64,000 nucleotides of DNA from Mytilus californianus (GCF_021869535.1 NW_026262734.1:89032001-89096000); one strand, 5' to 3'. Positions 1 through 12,997 are shown, counted from the stretch's first letter. A program made the numbers and translations. The notes: generated from the letters alone by a model not told the origin.

Positions 1-241
1 AAAAACTAGTAAACAACCAGATGTCATAACAAAGCTAGGTGTCAGATTCGAAATCCTACAGAGTAAAAAAGTTTGTGAATAAATTAAAGTTATGATAGGG
101 TATCAAAGATCTACCAACAACATCAAGTTTGATGAATGAATAAACAGTCATTTCAACTTTTCTGTTTATCGGCTTTCTGTTATGGTAAACGTCAATATGT
201 TCAAAATGGTTAAAAGGTTTCCACATCTAACAACACCAAAA

Positions 242-2203
242 TCAAGTGTATGAATAAATATTAATTTCGCTTTTACCGGGGAAAGGGACCAAGGCTTTAC
301 TACCACTAAATGTCCAAAGATTTCCACATCTATCAATTGCAAGATCTAAAAGGATTGTAGTTGCATTATGCGCATTTGGTGGTAAAATATCTCCTATGTA
401 ATGTCCATACGGAGTAAACAAACATATTCTTTGGTTTCCGTGAGCTCTGTCAGCGACAAACACATTGCCTCGCTGATCTTCGCAAACCAGCCAGAAGTAA
501 GAATTTTCATCCTGGAATAATTGCTCTAATTTTCCAGAAAATGTAAATGCATAAAGTGATTTTTCTGTGCAGATTAAAATTCTGGAAACCGTTGTCACAC
601 GCATGCAAGATATAGACTCCAAACCATTAAAATTTTGCGCTAACAACTTGCTGCCAAAAGTGTTAATGACTCTACCGTTATTGTCGGTTTCATAAAAAGT
701 ACCCTTCGGTTGATTCAGCAGCAACACTGTATCATTATCAACTGTACAAGCATGTGTAAATGTAACTTTAACATCTAATTTTTCAATTTGTTTTGAAATT
801 TGGCTTAATCTGAAAAGACATAATGTATTTTTTTCTGTAAGGTAGAAGTAAACGTTGTTCTGTGTATGTCCAACTGGGTTCACATGACACTTTCCACACT
901 GGATGAAAACAAAGTCTTTGTACGAACCATCCGCACTTATAATTTTCAACTGATTGCCTACTAATACCAACACTGCATCTGTATTGTAAGTGCAGACAAC
1001 TGAGTCGACACGAAAATCAAGATTGAATGATTTTCTTTTTGCAAAGGCGTTTTCGTTGTCAACTAGATGTGACGACGGTTTCTGTTTAACGGCTATAAAC
1101 GAATTTGTCATAGGTCTTTGTTCCCTTTCAATTTGTCCTACTGCCTCATAAAGCTGATTTAATTTAATTGACCCAGGCTTTAGCAGGGGTTCGAAAATGT
1201 CAGGCATTGTTATACCATAATTATGTTCATAGTGGCATAAGCGTGTTTCAAGTTCTGGAAAAGATTTTATCAAATCGCTTTTGTCTCCAAACTCCAACAA
1301 ATTTTCGGTCGCATACAGGAGCCCATCGATCGTCTTCTTAGATCTGTTCACGTCCTTTCTGTACGATTCTAAAACAGCCTTGTCTGTGTGTGCCAAGCTA
1401 TCTAGTTTGCAGATATTTTCATCTGTAATTTCATCAATTTTTCTGCAAACGTCCAATTTCAGACGTTCTGATAAGTCTTTAATTTCTACTCGTGTGTTCT
1501 TTATATGATTATTATATTTCTTTTCCTCGTGTGCAGCCTCGTTTAAGAGTGATTGGAGAAGGGGTAAACGTGATTTTAAACCTCTTAACGCTACACTTAA
1601 GGATGTTCGTGCTTTTGCAACAGTCGTTTGAAATGGTTCAGTTTTATGTCCTTTATGTATACCTAACATGCAAATAGAACAAACGGGTTTTGAGCACGAT
1701 TTACAGAATTCCTCTATCGGACGACAGTATGTATAATGCTCTTGACACATTTTCTCAACGGTGGCAACTTGCATACATGCATCGTCCTTCGAAACGGTCC
1801 CGTTTCCCTGTGTGTCTATAAGGACTACGGTATGACCTTTGAACTTGTTATGCTTTTTATGGTAATCATGACACTCTTTGCACATAAGTTCTTGACAATC
1901 TTCACATTCAGAAGAGACCACACCTGTGTTATCGCACATTTGACACTGTATTCTAGATTGATCATTTTCCGAACGATAAGAAAATTTATAGTCATCTAGT
2001 CCATCGATTCCCTCCCTATTAAGAGAAGTTAAGCTTTCACATAACGGACATGCTATTCGATATTTCGGGAGACAGAACGATTGCTTGTCTAAGCAACGAC
2101 GACAGAACACATGGAAGCATTTTAATACTTTCGGATTATACAATTTCGATTCACATATTCCACAAGAATATATACTTGGAGTAAAAGTTGAACCCTCAGC
2201 CAT
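242..2203 (-). CDS. TRIM-family E3 ligase-like protein, type A (RING, B-box1, B-box2, coiled coil, NHL-like beta-propeller), single coding exon
   Basis: Intact 653-aa ORF. RING CGIC...CFHVFCRRC...CPLC, B-box1 CQMC...CEDCQELMCKECHDYH...H, B-box2 CQEH...FCKSCSKPVCSICMLGIHKGH, helical middle region, C-terminal repeats such as GNVFVAD and LAIDRCGNLW. Confidence 0.9.
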   Translation of the reverse strand: MAEGSTFTPSIYSCGICESKLYNPKVLKCFHVFCRRCLDKQSFCLPKYRIACPLCESLTSLNREGIDGLDDYKFSYRSENDQSRIQCQMCDNTGVVSSECEDCQELMCKECHDYHKKHNKFKGHTVVLIDTQGNGTVSKDDACMQVATVEKMCQEHYTYCRPIEEFCKSCSKPVCSICMLGIHKGHKTEPFQTTVAKARTSLSVALRGLKSRLPLLQSLLNEAAHEEKKYNNHIKNTRVEIKDLSERLKLDVCRKIDEITDENICKLDSLAHTDKAVLESYRKDVNRSKKTIDGLLYATENLLEFGDKSDLIKSFPELETRLCHYEHNYGITMPDIFEPLLKPGSIKLNQLYEAVGQIEREQRPMTNSFIAVKQKPSSHLVDNENAFAKRKSFNLDFRVDSVVCTYNTDAVLVLVGNQLKIISADGSYKDFVFIQCGKCHVNPVGHTQNNVYFYLTEKNTLCLFRLSQISKQIEKLDVKVTFTHACTVDNDTVLLLNQPKGTFYETDNNGRVINTFGSKLLAQNFNGLESISCMRVTTVSRILICTEKSLYAFTFSGKLEQLFQDENSYFWLVCEDQRGNVFVADRAHGNQRICLFTPYGHYIGDILPPNAHNATTILLDLAIDRCGNLWTFSGSKALVPFPGKSEINIYSYT

Positions 2204-2869
2204 TGCTGTTGGTTATGAAATTTAATCAAAATTAAATTATCAATACTGATTTTAACAAAACTAAACTTGTTACTTAATTTATTGTTTTCACTACAAAGCA
2301 GTATTGATTACTGTGTGCATGTTCCGATTAATAATCAATAATAAAGCCAATTTATAAGCTTGAGTAGTAGCTTTTAAAAATTATTAAATGATCCGATAGT
2401 TCCATAAAATATAAGCATTCTAACTGTAACGTACCAATTCCTCTTTCCAACTTTTTTATATTTGTTTATATAAGCTGTGATAAAATCTGATATAACATGT
2501 TAAAAGTATAAGCGTTTGACTTGGTAGTGAAATAGAAAAGGATTTTATGTTTCATTTCTCAAGATGGCGGTTTGTTTCTTGCATTTTGAAAAATAAATTC
2601 ATACCCATATTTAACCCACTCTCTTATTACAATTTTTAAAATTGTCCCACCATTCACCCCGATCGATGAGCTTTTCATATTCTACATTGTATTTAATTGT
2701 ACTCATCCTGATGTACCGGACATTTATTTCTCTTTTTTTTTCTCACATTATGTATGAACGACTAATATGATGTACGCATGACTGTTTAGCGTCCAGTGGC
2801 AAATAAGATGCATATTCTGGACGAGAACCTGCTTCAGCTGTGTACAAGACAAACACGCTGAGCCATATT

Positions 2870-3055
2870 TTTAAATCACGTGCTTGTTGACACAGTAATA
2901 GTCCATAAGAAGACATGTCACTCTGCCTAGGCACGAAATTCTGACTCATTGCCGACCAGTTTGTGCTTTAATTTCTTAATGCCGCGTGCTTAGCGAAGAA
3001 GCAAACAATACTAATTTTAACTACAGGCTTTGGTTTGGCTCGGCCAGAATCGAAA
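2870..3055 (-). mobile_element. Fragment of a mollusc tRNA-derived SINE
   Basis: gtgcttagcgaagaagcaaacaatactaatttt...tttggtttggctcggcc resembles, from recall, an abundant bivalve SINE body. Not searched. Confidence 0.45.
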
Positions 3056-3139
3056 TAAATGCTTTTGTGAATATGAACATTATTTTATTAAGTGACTTAC
3101 ATATACAATAAACACTGAAACTATAGTCACATGATTGCG

Positions 3140-3350
3140 GTACAATGTAAAATCAATATAAAGTTGAAAGTTTGACTTCAGTGATTTAATTATCAATATC
3201 GCGAAATTTGTCAATACATATATCATATAACGTTTATTATTTTTTTTAGATACGGAGGGCATGTAAATTTAAAGTATAAGTAGAGCCAACCCATCAAACA
3301 GTAATATAGAATATTGGTTATGTTGTCCCTTTAATCATTGAGTTTACACC
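3140..3350. repeat. Non-coding module shared with 16460-16670, 18860-19050 and 59200-59270
   Basis: Colinear blocks: aaagttg..aagttt.acttca.tgatttaattat, caatacatatatcatataa, tatgttgt.cctttaat. Confidence 0.65.
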
Positions 3351-4304
3351 GGGAGCAATGGCAAAATACACAAGACTAATAGTAGGGCTGAGGAACGTCC
3401 GTCTGAAACCCATAGATACTCAGATACCGTTTGATAAAATTTTCATACTTAGTCGGAATATTTGTCATTATAATTACTTGACTTTCATATATCGTCAGTT
3501 TGATTCGACTATTCTTACGATAGTTATGAAACTTTGTCCATTTTGTTTGTTTTTTTTTTGTATTGCAAGCATGACACATCGTGAATGCAAGTCATCAGAA
3601 TTTGTTTAACAGAAGGCTCTCATACTTTGACTGTTTACCATCACGTGTAATTGACCATATTGTATCGCCATTTTCATTTGAACATTTTTAGTTATTTGAC
3701 TGGCGGTTTTTTTTTGTATTCTGACAATAACATCTTGTGAACGCAACTCCTCTGATCTGTTTAAAAAGAAAGCTTTCGTACAAATATGGCAAGACACGAA
3801 GTTACAACTGCATGAAAGAATGAAAGAACAAAACCATTAACTGGAAAAAAGAAAATAATTGATTATATTAAGAGTTTATTAAACGAAAAAAAAACAAGTC
3901 ATACCATCAATTATGGGCTAAGATTGTGAATTCCCAGTCTAAGACTGAGATACAAACCATTTGTGAATGTCCTGCTTCCGGATTGCCAAATTCTTTTTTG
4001 TTGAAATAAGATGTTGAAGGAATTTTACATTTTCCTCTCTACAATGATACATATATGACTCCATTGATAAAAAACGCGCAATCTACAAGTTAACGCACGC
4101 TGCGGTTTTTTTCTACAAAAAAAAATAAATGATGACAAATGATTGAACTAAAACATTTAATTTTTTCGGCTCGAAAGTCTTTCCTTCATCAAACTAATGC
4201 CATTGTTGAGAATCTCCCGAATGTCATATCATACAGAACGTAAGGAAATACAAAGGGGCAATTTCACAACTATAACTCGAAAAAACATGGCCTACAGAAA
4301 AAAT

Positions 4305-5958
4305 AACTAGAGGCTCTTAAGAGCCTGTGTCGCTCACTTTGATCTATGTGCATATCAAACAAAGGACACTCTCCAACATTGTAGACGAGAATAGACTTCA
4401 TGACAAAAATCTCTATTTTGTTGATCTTGTATTACTGATCTTTTAGTCTGTTTAATTTCTCTCTATCTTCTTTAGTTTTTGCTAAAAACACAAAAAAGGG
4501 TACAAAAAATCCTCATTTTAGGGCAATCCCTCCTATGACGAGTGACAGTCTGCTACATGTAACTATATCGGAAAAGTTTGACTTTTTAATAGATCTTGCC
4601 TTGCTGATCATTTTTGTGATTAAAGGTGTTTATTTATCTATTATAATTTAAATCATATAAGGCATAAAGTAAAAAAAAAATGTTTCTCTCTAAATATCAT
4701 AGTTTTCATGATTATAAGCAAAAATGAAAAAAAATGGTAAAATTTGTCATTTATGTGCAATAACTCCTATAAGAATTTGTCTAACAGTTTTGACGTATAA
4801 GGACAATTGGTAGAGATCATTATTCTGAACATTTTTGCTCCTTTAAGATTTTCTCTATTTATAACGTTTAAAAAAATTTACAAACAATTGTCAAAAATTG
4901 ACTATAAAGGGCAATAACTCCTTAAGGGGTTAATTGACCATTTTGGTCATGTTGACTTATTTGTAGATCTTACGTTGCCGAACGTTATTGCCGTTTACAT
5001 TTTATCTATATCTATAATAATATTCAAGATAATAACCAAAAACTGCAAAATGTCCTTATAATTACAAATTCAGGGCAGCAACCCAACTACGAGTTATCTG
5101 ATTTGTCTGAAAATTTCAGGGCTCATAGATCTTAACCTGATGAACATTTATACGTCGTTTCAAATTTGCTCTTAATGCTTTAGTTTAAGAGATATAAGCC
5201 AAAATCTGCATTTTACTATTATGTTCTATTTTTAGCAATGTCGGCCATGTTGGTTTGCAAGCGAGGTCATCGGACACATTTCTTAAATTAGATACCATAA
5301 GGATGATTGTGGCTAAGTTTGGTTAAATTTGTACCAGTAGTTTTAGAGGAGAAGATTTTTGTAAAAGATACAAAAATTTACAATAAATTGTTAAAAACTG
5401 ACTATAAAGGGCAATAACTCCTTAAGGGGTCAATTGATCATTTTAGTCATGTTGACTTATTTGTGGATCTTACTTTGCTGTACATTATTGTTGTGTACAG
5501 TTTATCTCTATCTATAATGATATTGAAGATAATAACAAAAACCTGCAAAATTTTCTTAAAATTACCAATTCATGGGCAGCAACCAAAACAATGGGATGTC
5601 TGATTTGTCTAAAAATTCCAGGCAGATAGATCTTGACCTGATGAACAATTTTACCCCTGTCAGATTTGCTCTTAATGCTTTAGTTTCCGAGATATAAGCC
5701 ACAATCTACATTTTACCCCTATGTTCTTTTTTTAGCCATGGCGGCCATCTTGGTTGGTGGGCTGGGACATCGGACACATTTTGTAAACTAGATACCCCAA
5801 TGATGATTGTGGCCAAGTTTGGTTAAATTTGGTTCAGGAATTTCAGAGGAGAAGATTTTTGTAAAAGTTAACGACGACGGACGACGACGGACGACGGACG
5901 CCGGACGCCAAGTGATGAGAAAAGCTCACTTGGCCTATTAGGCCAGGTGAGCTAAAAA
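4305..5958 (-). mobile_element. Non-autonomous Helentron-like (HINE/DINE-type) element with two tandem 500-bp internal units
   Basis: Terminal hairpins aggctc-ttaa-gagcct (4311-4326) and ggcct-att-aggcc (5932-5944). Short subterminal inverted repeats gctcac/gtgagc. (GACG)n-like microsatellite at 5870-5908. actataaagggcaataactcc occurs at both 4901 and 5401 (period 500). Confidence 0.75.
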
Positions 5959-6761
5959 GGGGAGTTTAAGAACATTCAACACAATGCAAAAAATAGAAAT
6001 CATTAAGCAAAACAACTCATACAATCAACGGTTGTGAACTTAGCTGCTCTGGAATGATTCGCAGTAAAAGGTATCAACTCACTGTACGTCTTTCGAAAAC
6101 TTCAAATATGACTGACTCAGTGTCAGTGTCACAATCACATATATAAGGTAATAACAGACTAGGACTCAGTTTCAATTGAAATGACGAGTAACATGTAGGC
6201 AGTAAGTTAACAGAAGTCATTAAAACTACAAAATTTAATGAAAAATCAATTCAAAATTTGAGTTGAATAAAAAATGAGAAACCTTGCATTTTAGATATTA
6301 CACATATAGTTGAATAATTTTAATCATCTAAATATCACATTTAATACATAAACTCATACATACATGATCTCATCCATTGATAATAACCGGTTATATAGAC
6401 GTTTTCACAGTAAGTACTTTGAAAAAAGAAATTAATGAAATACGATTTAATATATCCTTGTGACATTTCAAACTAAAGCACACTTAGTATCAATATACAG
6501 TTTTCAACAAGTCAGGTGTCTGTGCAATTCGAAAGCTCGAAATCGACACGAACCTAACCAAAATAAGCTATAGGTAAACTTTAGAGGAACTATACATAAA
6601 TATGCCAGATAGGTGTATGAAATAAATACTGATTTTATCATTAAGTTTTATTTGTCAACATATAAGGTAAACAAACAACGTTCTAAAATATATCAAAATA
6701 TTACCACATTTATTAACAACAAATATACGGTAGACTGCCAACAACAAATTCGGAGTATGAT

Positions 6762-8644
6762 TCAACACAACTTAATTTTCTCCTTCGTCGTCGTAATCAT
6801 AAACGATTCCATGTCCATTGATTGTCCAAATACTCCCACATTATCAGCAGATAACGCTTGCTGGTATATACCATATAACTTAAATAAATACTTATATGAT
6901 GGAAAAATTTCTTCTATATAGTTTCCATATCGAGTGAAAAAAAAACACACGCTTTTCTCACCCTTTTCATCGTCTGCCACAAACAAATTCACGCGTTGAT
7001 CTTTGCAAATCTGACAGAACTTTGATTTTTTTGTTCTGAAATACGTGCTCTAATTGACCAGAGAAAGTAAATGTGAACAGTGAAGGCCATGATGAGATGA
7101 GAATTCCAGATACTGATGATGTAACAAACATGATATTAATTTTGTCAAGACAATTTGAACTTCGTCTCATTAAGTCGATACTAAAAGTATTAATGACTGC
7201 TTTCATCGTTGGTTCCGTAAAAGGTGAATACAAATGGATTGATTTAGCACCAAGAAAGTATTATTATCAGTGGTACAAGCATGCGTAAAGGTGATTTATA
7301 ATTTTAAATATGTTTTGAAACCGGGTTAGATTTAAAAAGACACGAAAAGGTATTTTTCACTATTTGAAATGGTATGGTATATATTATGGCACACTAGCCC
7401 ACTAGACTAACTCGCGCAATCCAACATTTGAAAGAACTACTGACATTGACAAATCCATCTGTTTAAAACTTTATAACTGTCTGTCTATTATTTCCAACAC
7501 TGCTTTTTGAGCTTTATCAGAACAGACATTTGTTTTGAAAGGAAAATCAAGTTTTTTTATGTTTTAATATTTTTTAAGGCTTTAATGTTGTCAACAAGAT
7601 ATGAAGAAGGATTCTGTCTGACAGCGATAAACGAATTAGTCAAAAGTTTGTGTTCCCTTTCCATTTTCTTACTGCTTCATAAAGCTGATTGAGCTGTTTG
7701 AAGCTCTGTCAAGGCAGTTATTTTTTGGTCTGTCTTACCAAACTCCAACAGGTTATTGGAAGCATATAATAGCACACTGATTGTCATTTTAGACCTGGAC
7801 AACTCATCCCTGTACGATTCAAAAACAGTCTTGTCTGCTTGTGTCATTCTGTTTTACTTACAGATATTTACAAGAGTAGTTCCGTCAATTTATTTTAATC
7901 GGTCAGATGTTTCTTTGATTTTCGCCCTTGTGTTTCTTATATGATTATCATTTTCCCCCTCAAAATGAGCTTTTGTCCCATGTACATTTACTCCATATCC
8001 TTTCATTTTCTATTAGGTAAAAAAAAATCGAGAAAGGGTAATCGTGATTTAAACGCTCTCGTCGCTGCGTGAATTGAAGTTCATGCTTTCGTAATAGTTG
8101 TTTGCAACGGTTCTGTTTTATGTCCTCTATGAAAACCTGCCAAGCAAATATTACAAATAGTTTTTGAGCATGCTTTACAGAATTCCCAAACCTGACGACA
8201 GTATTGATAATGCTCTTGACAAATTTCTCTATGGTGGCAATCTGCGTACATGCACTCTCCGTCGAGGAGGTCTCTTTACCATGTGTATCTATAGCGACTA
8301 CGGTATGGATTTTGAATTTGTTTTGTTTTTTATGGTTATCATGACACTCTTTGCATATAAACTATATTTTGACAATTATTGACGCTTGACAATTTTCACA
8401 TTTAGAAGAAGCAACATCTTGTTAATCGCACATTTGATACTGAATTTTAGATTGTTCATTTACCGAATTCGAGACAGAGAAGTAACGCTTTCACACAACG
8501 GAAATGCTATTCGATGCGTTGAAGGACGAACAGTTGACTGGTATAAGCACCGAAGACAGAACACATGGGTGTTATTTTTATATTTTAGGATTATACATTT
8601 TCGAATGACACAAACACTTGAAGCAAAACTGATCTCGCAGCCAT
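6762..8644 (-). pseudogene. Decayed paralog of the type A TRIM gene
   Basis: ATG at 8644 in the same context as the 2203 start. Fragments KMYNPKI*..THVFCLRCL..RIAFPLCES, LFTFTFSGQLEHVFQ and NLFVADD..CFFFTRYGNYIEEIFP align by eye to the 653-aa protein. Multiple stops and frameshifts. Confidence 0.85.
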
Positions 8645-9247
8645 TGTTGGTTATGACGCTCTCTAAATATTAAATAAATGATTGTATTTTTACATAGATT
8701 TATTGTATATTGTTGTTATTGTTTTCACTACAAAACGTCGTGATTACTGTGTGCATGTTCCAATAAATGAGCATAGACAAAATCGTTTGATTATGTTTGA
8801 GTTACAGGTTTTAAAAAGTATTAATCTATTCGATATAGATCCGTAGTGTATGGGCAGTCAAAAAGATTTTAACATTCAAAGTCAGCAGTTTTGTCTTTGT
8901 CATTAACTTTTTTCGTTAAATATTCTGTCTTGTTTGCTTTTTTCCTTTGTTTTATTTGTCTTGTACCATGCCAATGTGTGACTACTTCCTTATTGTCTAT
9001 AACAGAAGCTATATTTCTAATATGTGTTTGCTGTCATCATACAAGTGTATTGTATATGTATGGAGAGAACTTAATATAACTTGCGTCAAAACATTTTGCT
9101 TGATTATTGCAATAAAATATTATTAAGATAAAAAATAATATAGGCATGTCAATTGTGACGTTCCCATTTAATGGTCAAACAATAATTGTAATATGGCAGT
9201 AAGGTTTGGATATTTAATGCATAATGTACATGTGACTTACACCAGCA

Positions 9248-9371
9248 GTGTAACTGAGACTGTTGTCGCTTCGCTCAGATATGTTTTGATCTTGTGGAAC
9301 AATTAAAAAAGTGTAACTGAGACTGCTGTCACTTCGCTCAGATATGTTTTGATCTTGTGGAACAATTAAAA
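9248..9371. repeat. Tandem duplication of a 63-bp unit
   Basis: gtgtaactgagactg.tgtc.cttcgctcagatatgttttgatcttgtggaacaattaaaa starts at 9248 and at 9311. Confidence 0.9.
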
Positions 9372-9795
9372 TGTATTCTTGTGTGTTTCAATACATACTA
9401 CTGTTATAAGGTTACTACTGTTTTGTTTTCAATTTCTGTTTAATCTGAAGTTAAAATATTTAATGAATAAAACAGTATAACGTATAGAAACTGTAAACAT
9501 GCTTGACGATGATCATCATCATAGGTTGAAGCGCCATGTTCTAGAACTATTGAAAGTTAAATTTTAAATCTATACTATTAAACGAGAAGACCTCATTTTG
9601 TGTGTCGCTTCTCTTCCTTCCCCAATGAATTAATCATCATGCCTATAGGTACCATGCATAGTCGCATTTGTCATCCATTCTTATGATTATTCAGTTTGGG
9701 TTATTTTGGGAGAAAAAGAAAGAAAAAGGCGTCCGGATATTGTTTCCGTCATCAGACCAACATTTAAGTCATACCCAAGACTTCCGATTTTAAAC

Positions 9796-10013
9796 TTTAA
9801 AAGAGGGGGTAAAGGGTTATTTTCGTGCAACGTGTTTTGCCACTTTTTATTTCACGTGCAGCCGTGAAAAAGGTTCGTTATTCACCGTGTTTCTTGAAAT
9901 CGATAAAAAGATCAATGTGCAAGAAATTTTTAATTGTTCGCTCATTGTGAAATGGCAATTTTATTTCGCGTTCTCAGTCCGTGCAGATACCCCCCTTTAC
10001 TCCCCTCTTTAAA
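9796..10013. mobile_element. Small MITE-like element with about 22-bp imperfect TIRs
   Basis: tttaaaagagggggtaaaggg at the left and ccctttactcccctctttaaa at the right. Confidence 0.5.
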
Positions 10014-11086
10014 CATAATTTTCATAATTACGCGGAGACATGACAATTATTTTCGCGTTATTCTGCATGTATACTATGTTTATAATCCTAAAATATATAG
10101 AGACTCTCTATATAATATAGCAGTGATCGCCGTGGAGAAGAAACTTGGAAATGATAGTTTAACTTAATAGAAAACACACTTTATTTATATTATATGTATG
10201 TTCATAGCGGTCATGATGCAGAAACGCGAAAATCATTGAATTTAACAGAGAGCAAAAATATAACGGACTTTGGAAAAAAGGGAGAGGGCTTAAAATAATT
10301 GTCCAGTCTCCAAGTGCCTATGACTCAGTTTGATACCTTTTCTGAAATTCTCCAGACATAAAATCTTTTACAATAATTCATCCTACAACAGTTAACATAC
10401 TTTCAACCAAGCTCTAAATACCCGCGATTTCGCGGGTGTGTTCTAGTTCATTTTGATAATTCAGACGTGAAAATATCAGATTGATGTTGAAAGTAAAAAT
10501 AGTGTGATTAAGTATGAAAATAACCACAACGTGTGTCAGATATTTGAAAAATAGAAGTTTCCCCCTGACCATGCTGACGGTTGCATAAACATTTCTACGT
10601 TTCTGTTGTCTCAAAATTATGTTTAACCCTTACTAGATAATAAGCAGTTCGCTGGTCTACGGCAAGAATGTTTACAGTTTATTACTATTTTGATGTTTTA
10701 ATGAACTCTCGTAAATTTTCGTACTGTACAATAACATTCGCTCTGTATGTGTAACATGCATTTTAATTGTTCCTTTATTTTTCGAGTGAGTTCACTTCCC
10801 TTAATCTTAACGGAGCAAGTTTATTACCTGAATAGATTTTTTAGTAAGAGCACTATCGAATCTTGCCGTTGACTGCTTCTCATATGACAAGCGACCAACA
10901 GTGGGATAGAAGATTGCAATAGCTGAAACTACGTCCTCTTTATGCATGCCTGTATTAATACATGTACTAATGAAGTAAACCTCGATACGACCATGTTAAA
11001 ACATGATATAATTTATTAAGTTTGTCCAACCTTCTATTTAGCTGGACCACAATGTCAATACGCAATCATAATATATTAATTCATTT

Positions 11087-12997
11087 CTAACATTGTAATT
11101 TATATATTCTTATTAACTCTGTTTTATCTATTACAGACAACAGATTTCGACCAACGAATAAACTATTTCCGTCACCGAAGTAATTAGGAAGTCTTAAGGT
11201 GGACACTGGTTTCAAATCACCATCAACCGACAAAACACGCACTACTTTCGATTCGCGTAAGAATACAAATATTTTACCATCATAAAAGCAAACGCCTTCT
11301 GGGGTGTCATTTAAATCATATGTCCATTTGACGAGTCCATTTTGATTGACGCAAGAAATAAAACTGTTAGTTTTAGTTTGAATGCTAACTACTATAGTGC
11401 CATTTGGAAGACAACATATACTTTTAAGAGGCATAATAAAGGGATCGCCGAATTCGGTTGGTTCACAAAGAAAGGCTTCACTAAAATGTTTAAGAACATT
11501 TCCATCGATTTCAATGATGTCAATATGCGACGTTACCCCACGCGACCAATCAAAGTTAACTCTTTTTTTTGAAGCACCACTGGGACTTGAATGACATATG
11601 ACTGCATACACATTATCTGGCAAGCGAGAAATATTAAAGTACGCATTTTCCGTTACTTTTTCGGTAATTATACTCAAACTTTTATAAGTTGATAAGCGGA
11701 TAAGACGCGATTGTTTCCCAGGGGCAGTAAGTAAGACATCATCGTTTTCATGAATATTGGTGATGTCGTATACACCTGCAATCGAAACTTCATCAATGAA
11801 CTGATTTTCGACAGTGTCTCGGAATCTTTGTACCTTCAAGTTTGCATTGTCTATGGCAATTATCGAATGTCCTTGAAGAATTAAACCTGTAAATCTTGCA
11901 GTAATTTTATTTTCTAATCCACTCGGTTCAACTTGAATCGCTAGGAACTGTTCAAGTTCAAATGCACGAATAGGTAAAACGTCTGATGAATATTTGATTC
12001 GCTTGCTGCATACTGTGGTCTCCGTATCTTCGAAGTCTAGTGTATCAGCTGGAACAACATGAACCGTTCCTATCGGTTGATCAACAAGTGTGTCACACAA
12101 ATTCAGAAACTTTTCGTTAAGTTCAAGTTTTAGCTCAATTGGATTATCTGATACTCGAAGTGAATAAAGCAGATCCGTATTTTTCTGCAGACTTTCCGGG
12201 ATTTTTGATAAAACGGTTAACATATCTTTAGTTGAAGTGAGGGATTTTGATAATTCTATTTCATCACGGAATCGTTTTAAACTTTTGACAATTCCTTCCG
12301 TTCTTTTCTGCAATTGTTCTACGTTTGTAACGCTATCAACTTTGCTCAATATGTCTAAACATTTTCGATTGATCATTTTCTCAAAATCTTGAACGATTGT
12401 CTTCAATTTGTAAACAGTATTTCTTATCTGCTGCCTTGAATGCATCAATAATTGATCTTTATCGGTCTCACTAGTGACAATGTCCTGTCCGTATCTGATT
12501 AGATTTTCTATTTCGTCATATGCATCTCTCAATTTTTCCCTTGCCAAATCTCTACATTTTTTAAAATTTTTGCAATCACAGTCGGTACTCCTATGATTCT
12601 CAACAGCACATTCGGAACATATAATCTGATAACATCCAAAACAGAAAAAGTCACAAATGTTTTGAGGGTGTTCAGAACATGGTATTCCATTTTTAGGTTT
12701 TATTTGAGTGTTGCCATCATCTGAGATAGCCTGTAGTAACAATTGAGCTAGATCGTCTGTTGGAAAGGAATTAGCCCATTCTTCTGCTGATACTGTATAA
12801 GATGACGCTTTAATCTCTCGTCTATCCACAGGACACGTGAATTTGTTAAAGCGTCTCGTTGATTCTATCAACTGGGTCAAACATTCACAGCATATCGAAT
12901 GGTCACATGGTAATAATTTTGGGTCTTTTAAAGTGTCTCTACATATAGGACAAGATAAATGATCAGATGTTATATTATCTGCAAGTCTTCTCTGCAT
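11087..12997 (-). CDS. TRIM-family E3 ligase-like protein, type B copy 1 (C3HC3D-type RING, B-box2, coiled coil, beta-propeller-like C-terminus)
   Basis: Intact 636-aa ORF. RING CPIC...CDHSICCEC...CPVD, B-box CSEH...FFCFGCYQIICSECAVENH. A splice acceptor (tttctttacag) lies 1 nt before the ATG. Confidence 0.9.
   Translation of the reverse strand: MQRRLADNITSDHLSCPICRDTLKDPKLLPCDHSICCECLTQLIESTRRFNKFTCPVDRREIKASSYTVSAEEWANSFPTDDLAQLLLQAISDDGNTQIKPKNGIPCSEHPQNICDFFCFGCYQIICSECAVENHRSTDCDCKNFKKCRDLAREKLRDAYDEIENLIRYGQDIVTSETDKDQLLMHSRQQIRNTVYKLKTIVQDFEKMINRKCLDILSKVDSVTNVEQLQKRTEGIVKSLKRFRDEIELSKSLTSTKDMLTVLSKIPESLQKNTDLLYSLRVSDNPIELKLELNEKFLNLCDTLVDQPIGTVHVVPADTLDFEDTETTVCSKRIKYSSDVLPIRAFELEQFLAIQVEPSGLENKITARFTGLILQGHSIIAIDNANLKVQRFRDTVENQFIDEVSIAGVYDITNIHENDDVLLTAPGKQSRLIRLSTYKSLSIITEKVTENAYFNISRLPDNVYAVICHSSPSGASKKRVNFDWSRGVTSHIDIIEIDGNVLKHFSEAFLCEPTEFGDPFIMPLKSICCLPNGTIVVSIQTKTNSFISCVNQNGLVKWTYDLNDTPEGVCFYDGKIFVFLRESKVVRVLSVDGDLKPVSTLRLPNYFGDGNSLFVGRNLLSVIDKTELIRIYKLQC

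Noticed and set aside
1281-1999. Short plus-strand ORFs (also 11342-11594, 50892-51876, 44314-44664)
   Set aside because: They are antisense shadows of the TRIM and KolX coding sequences, with no independent motifs.
2561-2570. YY1 consensus aagatggcgg upstream of the type A gene
   Set aside because: A single short match, and similar motifs occur inside local repeats (for example near 5740). It cannot be supported as regulatory.
4160-4195. ttgatgaagg...ccgaaa on the minus strand as a hammerhead
   Set aside because: The core lacks the first C, and no stem III, cleavage triplet or stem I could be built.
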